IMG/VR virus record: IMGVR_UViG_3300046461_000123
Coordinates: 706 to 64,705 of that record
Length of the DNA stretch: 64,000 nucleotides
Source of the DNA: a virus
Lineage: Duplodnaviria > Caudoviricetes
Reading direction: 5' to 3' (one strand)
The notes beneath the pieces were generated by a model. The model was not told the origin of the DNA, did no database searches, and saw only the letters and a list, made by a program, of their open reading frames with translations. Made by a program: the position numbers and the translations under genes. Below are positions 9,416 through 18,011 of this stretch, piece after piece; the first letter of the stretch is position 1; each line of letters starts with the position of its first letter.

Positions 9416-10201
9416 ATGAGCACCGCGTTCGGTCTCGGCTTCGGGACGCCGGCATACGGTCATGCGAGTGCGGCTGCACCGCCGTTCAATCCTGTGGACC
9501 TGTTCGGGGCCACGGGTGGGGCGCTCTACGACTTCACTGATCCGACGACCCTGTTCACCGACACGACGCGCACTACCCTCGCGTCGTTGGACGGCAAGGT
9601 GCAGGGCGTTTCCGACATTTCGGGCAAGGCGCGGCATCTGAGCAGCGCAAGCACGACCGGTATCGTCCGTCGCACTTCGGGGTTGGAGTTCCAGCCTGCT
9701 GCGAATCTGACGCTTGTCACCGGTACGGCCCTGACCGGTAGCGGTGCCAACGGCTGGACGGCATGCATGGCGATCAAGCCCGATGCCGCGTTGGGCGCCT
9801 ACTCGTGGATGGACGCGGAGCTTGCGAGCTTTTTGGTTGGCCGCATGCTCAGGACCGATACCGTCTACTCGGCGCGTGCGTATGTCTTGGCAGTCAACTA
9901 TGACGCGAGCGGTGGCACGGTCGCAGCGGTGGCGCAGGTAGTGACTGTCAAGGCGGTCCAGTCGGTGATGATCATTCGCGTGAATGGCGTGCAGGTTGCC
10001 ACGGTGGCTTTGGGTGCGGGTGCCCTGGCGGCGCAGGCATCGGGACGCATTTGCATTGGTGCCGCTTACAACAGCTCGTCGAATGCGAACGCTGCGAAGG
10101 CTGTCGGGTTCATGTATGCAGCCCTGCAGATCAATCGAGGGCTGACGACGACCGAGATGGTCAGTTTGGAAGCCTGGATGGCAGCCAAGGCGGGTTTGTA
10201 A
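9416..10201 (+). CDS. Head fibre protein 1 (N-terminus MSTAFGLGFG)
   Basis: GLGFG N-terminal peptide; YDFTDPTTLFTD...DISGKARHL and C-terminal LEAWMAAKAGL; beta-sandwich-like. Confidence 0.7.
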   Translation: MSTAFGLGFGTPAYGHASAAAPPFNPVDLFGATGGALYDFTDPTTLFTDTTRTTLASLDGKVQGVSDISGKARHLSSASTTGIVRRTSGLEFQPAANLTLVTGTALTGSGANGWTACMAIKPDAALGAYSWMDAELASFLVGRMLRTDTVYSARAYVLAVNYDASGGTVAAVAQVVTVKAVQSVMIIRVNGVQVATVALGAGALAAQASGRICIGAAYNSSSNANAAKAVGFMYAALQINRGLTTTEMVSLEAWMAAKAGL

Positions 10202-11004
10202 TGAGCACCGCATTCGGTCTTGGCTTTGGGATGTCGGAGCATGTCATTGCGAGTGGGGGTCCTTCCCCTGGTGTTGCCATCAAGGCGTCGGTGACGGGGT
10301 GGTGGACGCAGGACCAGTCGGCGGCCAATGCGACGGTGCCGGCTGCTGTTGGCCCCATCATGACCGGCACGGTGAACGGCAGCGTCAACTTCCACGCCGG
10401 GCACCTCGGTCTCGGCTACAACGGGTATCCCAGCGGTGCGGGCTTCTGCACTGTGATCATAGGGAGCATGGCCCCGTTCAGAATGAACGGATCTACCAGT
10501 TTCTCCTGGGGAGGCTGGGTCATGCCTGTAGCCTTTAACGAGGTCGGTGGTGGGAACTTGAGTCAGGCCATCGGCCGGATGACAAACGGGACATCACAGT
10601 CGGGCTATGGCATCTTGGTGACGCGCGACAGTACCAACCGGCAGTGGCTTTGCCAGCTGAGCAGCACGGGTGCCAATGTCGCGGCTTCGGTGCAGCAGCC
10701 TTATGCTCTGACAGACCAGGGCGTCTGGCAGTTCGTGGTCGGCATCTTCGACAAAGTGGCTGGCGAGCTTCGTTTCTGGCTCAACGCGACCAAGGTTTCG
10801 ACGCCTTATGCCGGGGCCATCTTCGACAGTACGACGGCCAATTTTGCTTCGTTCATCGGGGTGAACAGCAACAACGCACAAGATCCGTCGCGGTTCTTCC
10901 CGCAGTACCAAGACGAGGTGTTCTTCATGAACAAGGCGCTTACCGATGCAGAGGTGGCCTACCTCTACAACGGCGGTGTTGGCCGCGCTTATTCGGAGCT
11001 TTGA
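10201..11004 (+). CDS. Head fibre protein 2 (MSTAFGLGFG; LamG/ConA-like)
   Basis: ATG overlaps upstream stop; FSWGGWV, WQFVVG, DEVFFMNKALTDAEVAYLYN LamG-like motifs. Confidence 0.72.
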   Translation: MSTAFGLGFGMSEHVIASGGPSPGVAIKASVTGWWTQDQSAANATVPAAVGPIMTGTVNGSVNFHAGHLGLGYNGYPSGAGFCTVIIGSMAPFRMNGSTSFSWGGWVMPVAFNEVGGGNLSQAIGRMTNGTSQSGYGILVTRDSTNRQWLCQLSSTGANVAASVQQPYALTDQGVWQFVVGIFDKVAGELRFWLNATKVSTPYAGAIFDSTTANFASFIGVNSNNAQDPSRFFPQYQDEVFFMNKALTDAEVAYLYNGGVGRAYSEL

Positions 11005-11029
11005 TCATGATTACTGCAGGCAGGCTCAC

Positions 11030-11767
11030 ATGAGCACCGCATTCGGTCTTGGCTTTGGGATGCCGCACGTTGCCAAAAACGCTGGGGCTGCAGTCGCGCC
11101 AACCGACCCCTACATCGCCAATGTTGTCTTTGGCTCTAGTTTTGAGGGGGCCAATGCAGGTACTACGTTCATTGATTGGTCTACTTATGGGCGCGCTATT
11201 TCAATAACTGGTTCTGGCGTAACAACTTCTACAACAAATCCCAAATTTGGGGCTTCTGCTGCTAATTTTACTAATGCTGGTGGTTTAGTTGTCAGTAATG
11301 CTGATAACGTACTTAACCTTGGTACTGGCGATTTCACGATAGAAGGATGGTTCTACAAAGCTACCGGCGGCGGCGGCACAGATTACGCTCTTTACTGGGG
11401 GCCATCAAGCAATGTGTCCTGGCTTTACGTTCGCCCTTGGGGTGGTAATGCTGTCGCTCTTGCTGCAAAAACTGACACTGGTCTATCTGGGAGCAACACG
11501 ATAAACAGCATAGCTGATAATGCATGGCATAGCTTTGCAATTACTCGAACTGGAAACAGTGTTTACTTCTTCATCGATGGTGTTCTAGTTCTGACCACCG
11601 GTGCAAGTACCGGCAACTTTAATCCAGGCCCGAATTTCACCCTCGGTTGCAACGTCACAGGTGGGTCGCTACTGACGGGGCAAATAGACGAAATCAGAGT
11701 CACTAAAGGTGTAGCGAGGTACACATCTAATTACACGCCGCCGGTTGCTGCATTCCCTCGGAGTTAA
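11030..11767 (+). CDS. Head fibre protein 3 (MSTAFGLGFG; LamG/ConA-like; lower GC)
   Basis: GDFTIEGWF, WHSFAITR, FFIDG, GQIDEIRVTKGVARY; visibly AT-richer codon usage. Confidence 0.8.
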   Translation: MSTAFGLGFGMPHVAKNAGAAVAPTDPYIANVVFGSSFEGANAGTTFIDWSTYGRAISITGSGVTTSTTNPKFGASAANFTNAGGLVVSNADNVLNLGTGDFTIEGWFYKATGGGGTDYALYWGPSSNVSWLYVRPWGGNAVALAAKTDTGLSGSNTINSIADNAWHSFAITRTGNSVYFFIDGVLVLTTGASTGNFNPGPNFTLGCNVTGGSLLTGQIDEIRVTKGVARYTSNYTPPVAAFPRS

Positions 11768-11773
11768 TTTGCG

Positions 11774-11914
11774 ATGCTCACCGCAGGCGTTCTCAAGTTC
11801 GATGCCCAGGGCCGGATCATCCTGTCGGCTGAAGCCCCGATTGCGTTCAACGGGGGCATGCGAACACCACTTATGTTGTTCCATCACCTGATCATGCGGG
11901 TAGTACTTTTGTAA
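11774..11914 (+). CDS. Short ORF, possibly a truncated gene (MLTAGVLKFDAQGRIILS...)
   Basis: 46 codons read by hand; its start resembles the 8-codon remnant at 11007-11033. Confidence 0.35.
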   Translation: MLTAGVLKFDAQGRIILSAEAPIAFNGGMRTPLMLFHHLIMRVVLL

Positions 11915-11924
11915 AGGATTAATC

Positions 11925-12749
11925 ATGCGCAGGAACGATTACTACGCCAAGGGCGGCACGGTGTCAGATGCAGATGCCAAGAAGGAGCTGTCCTTCATGA
12001 AGGCCAAGGGTGCTCCCGCGAGCATGATCAAGGCCGAGAAGAAGGAGCACAACTTCGCCAAGGGCGGCATGGTGGCAGATGCAGATGCCAAGCAGGAGTT
12101 GTCCTTCATGAAGGCCAAGGGTGCGCCTGCGGGCATGATCAAGGCCGAGAAGAAGGAGCGCGGCTTTGCCGATGGCGGCATGGTGCAGGGCCGCGGTGCC
12201 TTCAGGCGTGGGCCGGTGCAGCCGGTGCCGGCGGGTCCGCAGGCACCGGTAGGTCCACAGGTGGCGCAGGCACCGGGGATGCAAGGTGCACGTCAGCCGC
12301 CGCCCCAGTGGCTCGCTGCCAGAGCTGCGCAGGAGCGGATGCTGGCGTCGCCGCAGGGTCAAGCCATGATGGCGCAGCGTGCGCAGCTGGCCCAGCAGCA
12401 GGTCGCGCGTGCGCAGGATCCCACGATGCAGGCCGCGCGTGCGCCGCGAGGTATGCTGCAGCAAGCTCCGGGCATGATGCAGCAGGGTCCGGGCATGATG
12501 CCGCAGCAGGGTCCGGGCATGATGGCTGGAGCTCAAGTGGATCCGAACTCACAGCCCGGTCAAGTGGCTCCTGGCACGCAGTCGGGTGGCGGGGCGCTGC
12601 CACCGGCAGTGTTGGCGCAGATGCAGGCGCAGGATCAGGCGCGCAGTCAGGTGCGCGATCAGGCCAATGCACGGCCACCGGGCATGGCCAAGGGCGGCAG
12701 CGTCGATGGCTGTGCAGCGCGGGGTCGGACCAAAGGTACGATGCGGTGA
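11925..12749 (+). CDS. Low-complexity protein with repeated AxGG motifs
   Basis: 274 aa; duplicated 37-aa unit, Q/M/P-rich middle, C-terminal DGCAARGRTKG. Confidence 0.7.
   Translation: MRRNDYYAKGGTVSDADAKKELSFMKAKGAPASMIKAEKKEHNFAKGGMVADADAKQELSFMKAKGAPAGMIKAEKKERGFADGGMVQGRGAFRRGPVQPVPAGPQAPVGPQVAQAPGMQGARQPPPQWLAARAAQERMLASPQGQAMMAQRAQLAQQQVARAQDPTMQAARAPRGMLQQAPGMMQQGPGMMPQQGPGMMAGAQVDPNSQPGQVAPGTQSGGGALPPAVLAQMQAQDQARSQVRDQANARPPGMAKGGSVDGCAARGRTKGTMR
11945..12160 (+). repeat. 111-bp in-frame tandem duplication
   Basis: cgccaagggcggca...gcatgatcaaggccgagaagaaggagc at 11945 and 12056. Confidence 0.9.
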
Positions 12750-12752
12750 TTC

Positions 12753-13430
12753 ATGGCTACCTCCGGCACCACGATATACAACTTGGAGTTGATCGACCTC
12801 ATTGAAGAGGCGGGGGAGCGCTGCGGCATCGAAATTCGTGCGGGACATCAGGTCCGCACGGCACGGCGCAGTCTGAATCTGCTGTTGGCGGAGTGGGCCA
12901 ATCGCGGTATCAACCTGTGGACGATCGATCAGCTCGAGATCCCCTTGGTCGATGGCCAGGAAATCTACTTGCTGCCGCCTGACACGGTGGACGTGTTCGA
13001 GGTGGCGGTGCGCACGGGCACGGGAAGCATGCAGACCGACTTGATGCTCAACCGCATCAGCACGTCTGTCTACACGACGATCCCGAACAAGCTGTCGTCT
13101 GGGCGGCCGTACCAGATGCTGGTCAACCGGCGTGCGGCCACGCCATCGCTGACCTTGTGGCCTGTGCCGAACAGCAGCACGCTCTACACGATGGTTGTGT
13201 GGCGCTTGCGTCGGCTGGAGGATGCTGGCAATGGCCTGAACACGCAGGACATTCCGTTCAGGTTTCTGAACGCGCTGACGGCGGGGCTGGCCTACCAGCT
13301 CGCGATGAAGATTCCCGAGGCACTGCCCCGCTTGACGGCGTTGAAGGCGCAGTATGACGAGGCGTGGATGCTCGCGGCCGACGAGGATCGCGAGAAGGCA
13401 CCCGTGCGTTTTGTTCCAAGGATGTTCTGA
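12753..13430 (+). CDS. Putative head-tail adaptor/connector protein
   Basis: 225 aa; ARRSLNLLLAEWANRGINLW, LWPVP, IPFRFLNALTAGLAYQLA. Confidence 0.7.
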   Translation: MATSGTTIYNLELIDLIEEAGERCGIEIRAGHQVRTARRSLNLLLAEWANRGINLWTIDQLEIPLVDGQEIYLLPPDTVDVFEVAVRTGTGSMQTDLMLNRISTSVYTTIPNKLSSGRPYQMLVNRRAATPSLTLWPVPNSSTLYTMVVWRLRRLEDAGNGLNTQDIPFRFLNALTAGLAYQLAMKIPEALPRLTALKAQYDEAWMLAADEDREKAPVRFVPRMF

Positions 13431-13726
13431 TGAGCACGCCCTACGCATCAGGCAAGCGGTCATGGGGGTTCTGCGACCGCTGCAACTTCCGCTATCGGCT
13501 GCGCACGTTGCGCACGGAGACGGTTGCGGGGCGCGAGAACAACCTGCTCGTGTGCCGCGCTTGCTGGGATCCTGATCATCCGCAGAACTGGCAAGGGCGC
13601 TACCCGGTGTTCGATCCCCAGGCATTGCGCGACCCGCGGCCTGACCCGTCGATGGCTGCGTCGCGTGTACTCAATCCGGATCCGGTGCCAAACCCGATCC
13701 CGATACCAACCATTCCACCGTCCTAA
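13430..13726 (+). CDS. Small Cys4 protein
   Basis: CDRC...CRAC followed by DHPQ and DPRPD; ATG overlaps upstream stop. Confidence 0.7.
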   Translation: MSTPYASGKRSWGFCDRCNFRYRLRTLRTETVAGRENNLLVCRACWDPDHPQNWQGRYPVFDPQALRDPRPDPSMAASRVLNPDPVPNPIPIPTIPPS

Positions 13727-13734
13727 AGGAGACC

Positions 13735-14088
13735 ATGATGGCTATGTCACGCAGTCGGCCCAAGGAAATGATGCCGTTCGGCAAGGGCAATACCAAGCCG
13801 TTCGGTGCCAAGGGCAAGGCAACGCCGTTCGGCGCCAAGGGCAGGTCAACGCCATTCGCTGAGGCCCCGACGCCTACGATCCCGCCCACGCCCAAGAAGG
13901 GCAAGAACCCGTTCGCCTTTGCTGGGGGCGGCAGTGTCGCGAACGCGAGCCCGACGCACAAAGCGGGGCCAGCGTCGAACCCGCCGTCGTCATTCAGTGC
14001 GCTCGATGACGGGCAGCCATCGGGTGGTGGCCAGATACGGGGTACGCGTCTGGCGACGCGCGGCAAGAAGTTCCAGGGTGTCTTCTGA
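13735..14088 (+). CDS. Basic low-complexity protein (PFGAKG repeats, FAGGG motif)
   Basis: 117 aa, AAGGAG RBS. Confidence 0.65.
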   Translation: MMAMSRSRPKEMMPFGKGNTKPFGAKGKATPFGAKGRSTPFAEAPTPTIPPTPKKGKNPFAFAGGGSVANASPTHKAGPASNPPSSFSALDDGQPSGGGQIRGTRLATRGKKFQGVF

Positions 14089-14091
14089 ATC

Positions 14092-14724
14092 ATGGACTAC
14101 ACGGCTCTCAGTGCTGCGGTTGTCAGCTCGATCGGCAACACGTTCGATCCGGCGGACATAGCTCGTTTTGCTCAGCTCACTGAGCAGAAAATCTATAACG
14201 CGGTACAGATCCCTGCGCTGCGCAAGAACCAGACGAGCAACATGTCGGTTGGCAATGCCTACCTGACGCTGCCGGCGGACTACCTGTACGCGTACTCGCT
14301 GGCGGCGATGGAGCCGGTCACGGGCGCGTACGTGTACCTGCTCAACAAGGACGTGAACTACGTCCGTGAGATGTTTCCCGAGCCGGCGGTGCAAGCGATC
14401 CCGCGGTGCTACGCACAGTTCGATGAGAACACGCTGCTCCTGGCACCGGTGCCGGATCAGGCGTACGCGATCGAGCTTCACTACGGCTACTACCCGGAGT
14501 CGGTCGTCACGGCGGGCACGACGTGGCTCAGTGCCAATTTCGACTCGGCGTTGCTCAACGGGATGCTGGTCGAGGCAGCACGCTTCATCAAGGAAGAACA
14601 GGATGTCGTGGCGCTGTACGACAAGCTGTTCATGGACGCGATGTCACTGCTCAAGCAACTGGGCGATGGCAAGCTGCGGCAGGACACCTACCGCACGCCA
14701 CAAGTGAAGGACAGCGTGCGATGA
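14092..14724 (+). CDS. Second adaptor-like virion protein
   Basis: 210 aa; YLTLPADYL, LLAPVPDQAYAIELHY, TTWLS...LLNGMLVEAA. Confidence 0.65.
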   Translation: MDYTALSAAVVSSIGNTFDPADIARFAQLTEQKIYNAVQIPALRKNQTSNMSVGNAYLTLPADYLYAYSLAAMEPVTGAYVYLLNKDVNYVREMFPEPAVQAIPRCYAQFDENTLLLAPVPDQAYAIELHYGYYPESVVTAGTTWLSANFDSALLNGMLVEAARFIKEEQDVVALYDKLFMDAMSLLKQLGDGKLRQDTYRTPQVKDSVR

Positions 14725-15059
14725 GCGGTGCCGTCACATGGCGTGCTGCCGTGATCGAAGCTGCAGCAGGTCATGACGGCAACTTCGCGGTCCGCATCAT
14801 TGAAATGGTGCAGGCGCTGGAAGAATTGAAAAGGGGCGTGGCCTATTTCTTTCTGGTGCCCGAAGGCGCCAGTGCAGCGGAGCTAGTGGGGCCGCGTGCG
14901 GCTTATGTCGTACTGGTGCCGGAGAGCGTTAGCAACGAGGTCGTGAGCGGCCTCGTGAGCGGCACATGGGTGCCGGTTGACGATGCGCAGAGCGGCACAT
15001 GGGTGCCGGTCGATGATGGGCAGAGCGGCACATGGACGCCAGTGCCGACAATACCTTGA
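14721..15059 (+). CDS. Hypothetical protein with C-terminal SGTW(V/T)PV repeats
   Basis: ATGA-coupled at 14721; three copies of an 11-aa unit, the last partial. Confidence 0.55.
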   Translation: MSGAVTWRAAVIEAAAGHDGNFAVRIIEMVQALEELKRGVAYFFLVPEGASAAELVGPRAAYVVLVPESVSNEVVSGLVSGTWVPVDDAQSGTWVPVDDGQSGTWTPVPTIP

Positions 15060-15075
15060 ACTTTGAGGAGTAGAC

Positions 15076-16902
15076 ATGCCCAGTAGCTACACCCCACTCC
15101 TGCGCTTGACGCTGCCGGCTGACGGTGAGCTTGTTGGCACCTGGGGGCAGACGGTCAACACCGGCATCACGACGCTGGAAGAGGCGGCTGTCGCCGGTAC
15201 GGTTGCTGTCGCGATGGCGGATGCCAACCAGACGCTGACCGTGGCCAACGGTGCGACGGATCAAGCGCGGTACAACACGATCCGGCTCACTGGCGTGCTC
15301 ACGGCGCAGCGCAATGTCATCTGTCCTTCGAGCAGCAAGAACTACTTCGTGCGCAACGCCACCACGGGTGGTTTCGGCATCAACTTCAAGACCGCTGCAG
15401 GCACCGGCATTGTCGTGCCGGCGGGGACAGCAGCGGTGCTGTACTGCGATGGCACGAACGTCCTCTCAGCGGTCAATAGCTTCGCTGATGTGACGGAGTT
15501 CAATGCGGCTGAAGCCATCCGCTTGTCCGCGTCTGGTGCGGCCATCGTGTGGCGACTGAATGATGCTGAAGAACCTCCTGGCTTGGTCATCTCACGCAAC
15601 GCTGCATCGCAGATCATGATCTTGCGCGGCCGGGGCGGCGTGTCGATCGAGGACAGCACAACGGCGGTTCAGTTTTTTTCCGCCATGTTGGTGCCGCAAA
15701 CTGACAAGGGTGTGGATCTTGGAGCCGTAGCGCAGCGTTGGGCTAATGCGTACATCGGTGGTGTTGCCGTGTTCAGTGGCGGTGACAGCGCGCCGATCAT
15801 ATTGAGCGGCACCAATGCAGCCATTGTTTGGAACAAGGGCGGGCCGAACCTTGCAGTCATCAACTACGTGGACACCATGTCGCAGTTCGGGCTCACCACG
15901 ACTGGGGCTAATGGCATCTACTTTGAGACCGATCGTGGCTTGCGGTTCGTGACCACGCGCTTCGGTCCCGACGTTGACAGGGCCATCGACCTGGGCACGA
16001 CGGCGCTGCGGTGGAATAACGCGTACATCGGCAGCATCATCGACTACAGCACGCTGACCATGCAGTCCGACACTTCTGGCGCCGTCGTTTGGAAGAATGC
16101 CGATGGCTTGCAGCGGGGCTACATCAGCAACGATCAAGCCACTGGCATTGGCTACTGGGTTGGCGGTACTGCACTGGTCTTGGCGAACAGCGCGGCTACG
16201 CTGCAGTTTTATGGCACGGCTTTGCGAGGAGCGGTCACTGACACCATCTCGATTGGCGAGCCCGGCAATCAGTTCGCTGCTTGCTACGCGGGGAGGTTTC
16301 AGGCTTACGTCACGCCTAGCGGTGGAAGCTTCGGATTGCAGGTCAACTGCGAGGTTCCGAATGTTGGCGGCAACGCGCCCGTATGGCGTGCTTCGCCGGC
16401 CGCTTCGGAGCCGTCAACCTACAACAGTGGGTTTGTCGCCACCATGAAGTCCCAGCCGGGTTTCCCGATTTTCAGGTACGACTTCTCGCTGGCGCAGTAC
16501 TCGGGCTACAACGGCTATTCATGCTCGGTCCATGCGGATACGGGCCAGTGGGCCTTTTCGGTGGCCATCAGCAACCCGTCGAGCAGCCGCTTGAAGTCGA
16601 ACTGGATGTATGAGATGGGTGCGGTGGTGGACGGGCTGGCAGACATCACCGAGGTAGGCAGTTTCGACTTCACCATCGGCACTTATCCGAAGGACTTCCC
16701 GGTCGCAGCGAAGCGGGGTTTGCCGATCACGATACGGCAGGTTGGTGTCAGCGCCGAGCAGCTGCGGCGGGTCATGCCTGATGCGGTGTCGGAACCTAAC
16801 GGTGATGGCGTGCTGAACGTGACTTACGGTAATGCGGCGCTGGTTGCCGCTGTCGCGCTGGCCAAACGCATCAAAGCCATTGAGACATTAATGGGCATCT
16901 AG
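15076..16902 (+). CDS. Tail fibre with C-terminal intramolecular chaperone (S74-like)
   Basis: GTWGQTVN N-terminal anchor; DLGxxxxRWxNAY repeats; SSSRLKSN, VGVSAEQL, VTYGN and terminal coiled coil. Confidence 0.85.
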   Translation: MPSSYTPLLRLTLPADGELVGTWGQTVNTGITTLEEAAVAGTVAVAMADANQTLTVANGATDQARYNTIRLTGVLTAQRNVICPSSSKNYFVRNATTGGFGINFKTAAGTGIVVPAGTAAVLYCDGTNVLSAVNSFADVTEFNAAEAIRLSASGAAIVWRLNDAEEPPGLVISRNAASQIMILRGRGGVSIEDSTTAVQFFSAMLVPQTDKGVDLGAVAQRWANAYIGGVAVFSGGDSAPIILSGTNAAIVWNKGGPNLAVINYVDTMSQFGLTTTGANGIYFETDRGLRFVTTRFGPDVDRAIDLGTTALRWNNAYIGSIIDYSTLTMQSDTSGAVVWKNADGLQRGYISNDQATGIGYWVGGTALVLANSAATLQFYGTALRGAVTDTISIGEPGNQFAACYAGRFQAYVTPSGGSFGLQVNCEVPNVGGNAPVWRASPAASEPSTYNSGFVATMKSQPGFPIFRYDFSLAQYSGYNGYSCSVHADTGQWAFSVAISNPSSSRLKSNWMYEMGAVVDGLADITEVGSFDFTIGTYPKDFPVAAKRGLPITIRQVGVSAEQLRRVMPDAVSEPNGDGVLNVTYGNAALVAAVALAKRIKAIETLMGI

Positions 16903-17118
16903 ATGTGGTGCCTGCTTGTGATCATGACTGCGCTTGTTGCATTGCTCGGCTGCGCGATGGCCATAGGCGAGGGATCTGCGGCGTGTGTTGATCTCGACAC
17001 GAGGTCGGCCCTGGTAGTTGATTCGTCGGCATCGAGTCCGAGCAAGACGGTCAGGCGCGCGGATGAACCGGCAGGGGTTTCCTGTCAAGGCGGCGGTAGT
17101 ACAGGAGTCAAACCATGA
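16903..17118 (+). CDS. Hypothetical protein with hydrophobic N-terminus (lipoprotein-like)
   Basis: 71 aa, LVALLGC lipobox-like segment. Confidence 0.4.
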   Translation: MWCLLVIMTALVALLGCAMAIGEGSAACVDLDTRSALVVDSSASSPSKTVRRADEPAGVSCQGGGSTGVKP

Positions 17119-17312
17119 ACCTCGTCAGCTTGCTCATCACGGTCCTCATCCTCGGGCTCATCTTTGGCATCGTCTGGTGGGGCATACAGCAGATCTCGAT
17201 GCCGCCGCCGTTCAAGAATGTGGCGATCGGCATCTTCGTGCTCATCGTGGTGCTCGTGCTAGTCGGCCTGTTGATGGGCGACGGCAACGTGCCCATGATT
17301 CGTTTGAGGTGA
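17115..17312 (+). CDS. Small two-TM membrane protein (holin candidate)
   Basis: 65 aa, two hydrophobic helices around MPPPFKN; AGGAG RBS. Confidence 0.6.
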   Translation: MNLVSLLITVLILGLIFGIVWWGIQQISMPPPFKNVAIGIFVLIVVLVLVGLLMGDGNVPMIRLR

Positions 17313-17316
17313 TGAC

Positions 17317-17481
17317 ATGCCAGCCAAATCGCAAGCCCAGGCCAAGCTGATGCGTGCGGTAGCGCACAACCCGGCTTTCGCCAAGAAGGTCGGCATCCCG
17401 CCGAAAGTCGGCAAGGAGTTCTCCAAGACGGTGGTTAACGCACCGAAACGCGTGCAGAAACGTACACAGAAGCGAGGGTGA
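17317..17481 (+). CDS. Small basic conserved phage protein
   Basis: MPAKSQAQAKLMRAVAHNPAFAKKVGIPPKVGKEF, 54 aa, GAGG RBS; below the ORF-track cutoff. Confidence 0.7.
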   Translation: MPAKSQAQAKLMRAVAHNPAFAKKVGIPPKVGKEFSKTVVNAPKRVQKRTQKRG

Positions 17482-17482
17482 C

Positions 17483-17755
17483 ATGGCAACTATTTTTGAC
17501 CGGTACAACGACAAGGTAGAGACTGCGATCGACGATGCGGTCAGCGGAAAGCAGGCCGCGGCGGCGCCGCCGCCACCAGCGGCACCGGCACCGGGTTCGG
17601 CGACGCTGAGCAAAGGCGTTCCGCTGACCGATGCGGAGAAGCGCAAGTGGATCGAAGGTCGCGACAAGATCTTGAAAGCGCGCGGCTTCAGCAAGGGCGG
17701 CGGCATCGACGGCGCGGCACAGCGGGGCAAGACGCGGGCGCAGCGCAGTCGTTGA
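17483..17755 (+). CDS. Hypothetical protein ending FSKGGGIDGAAQRGKTRA
   Basis: 90 aa; C-terminal motif shared with 11925-12749. Confidence 0.7.
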   Translation: MATIFDRYNDKVETAIDDAVSGKQAAAAPPPPAAPAPGSATLSKGVPLTDAEKRKWIEGRDKILKARGFSKGGGIDGAAQRGKTRAQRSR

Positions 17756-17789
17756 AAATAGCTGCTCTCAAATCCAACTGGAGTATCAG

Positions 17790-17990
17790 ATGCAGCAGCT
17801 CAACATCACGCTCAATGGCCAGCAGTTCGAGCAGGTCATGAACGCGCTTGGTCAGCAGCCGTTCATGCAGGTCGCGGGCCTGATCAACGAACTGCTGCGG
17901 CAGGCGCAGGCCCAGAGTCCTGAGCCGCCGGCCGTGTCCAATGGCGCGCACAGCAGTTCGCTGGCTGTTGGCGCTGCCGGTACGCAGTAA
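17790..17990 (+). CDS. Hypothetical protein
   Basis: 66 aa, GGAG RBS. Confidence 0.6.
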   Translation: MQQLNITLNGQQFEQVMNALGQQPFMQVAGLINELLRQAQAQSPEPPAVSNGAHSSSLAVGAAGTQ

Positions 17991-18011
17991 GAGCACACGC
18001 CTTGCCTGATC

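Noticed and set aside
9416-16902. Diversity-generating retroelement or invertase shufflon acting on fibre genes
   Set aside because: No reverse transcriptase or recombinase recognised, no adenine-specific TR/VR pair noticed, and all fibre genes are complete and co-oriented
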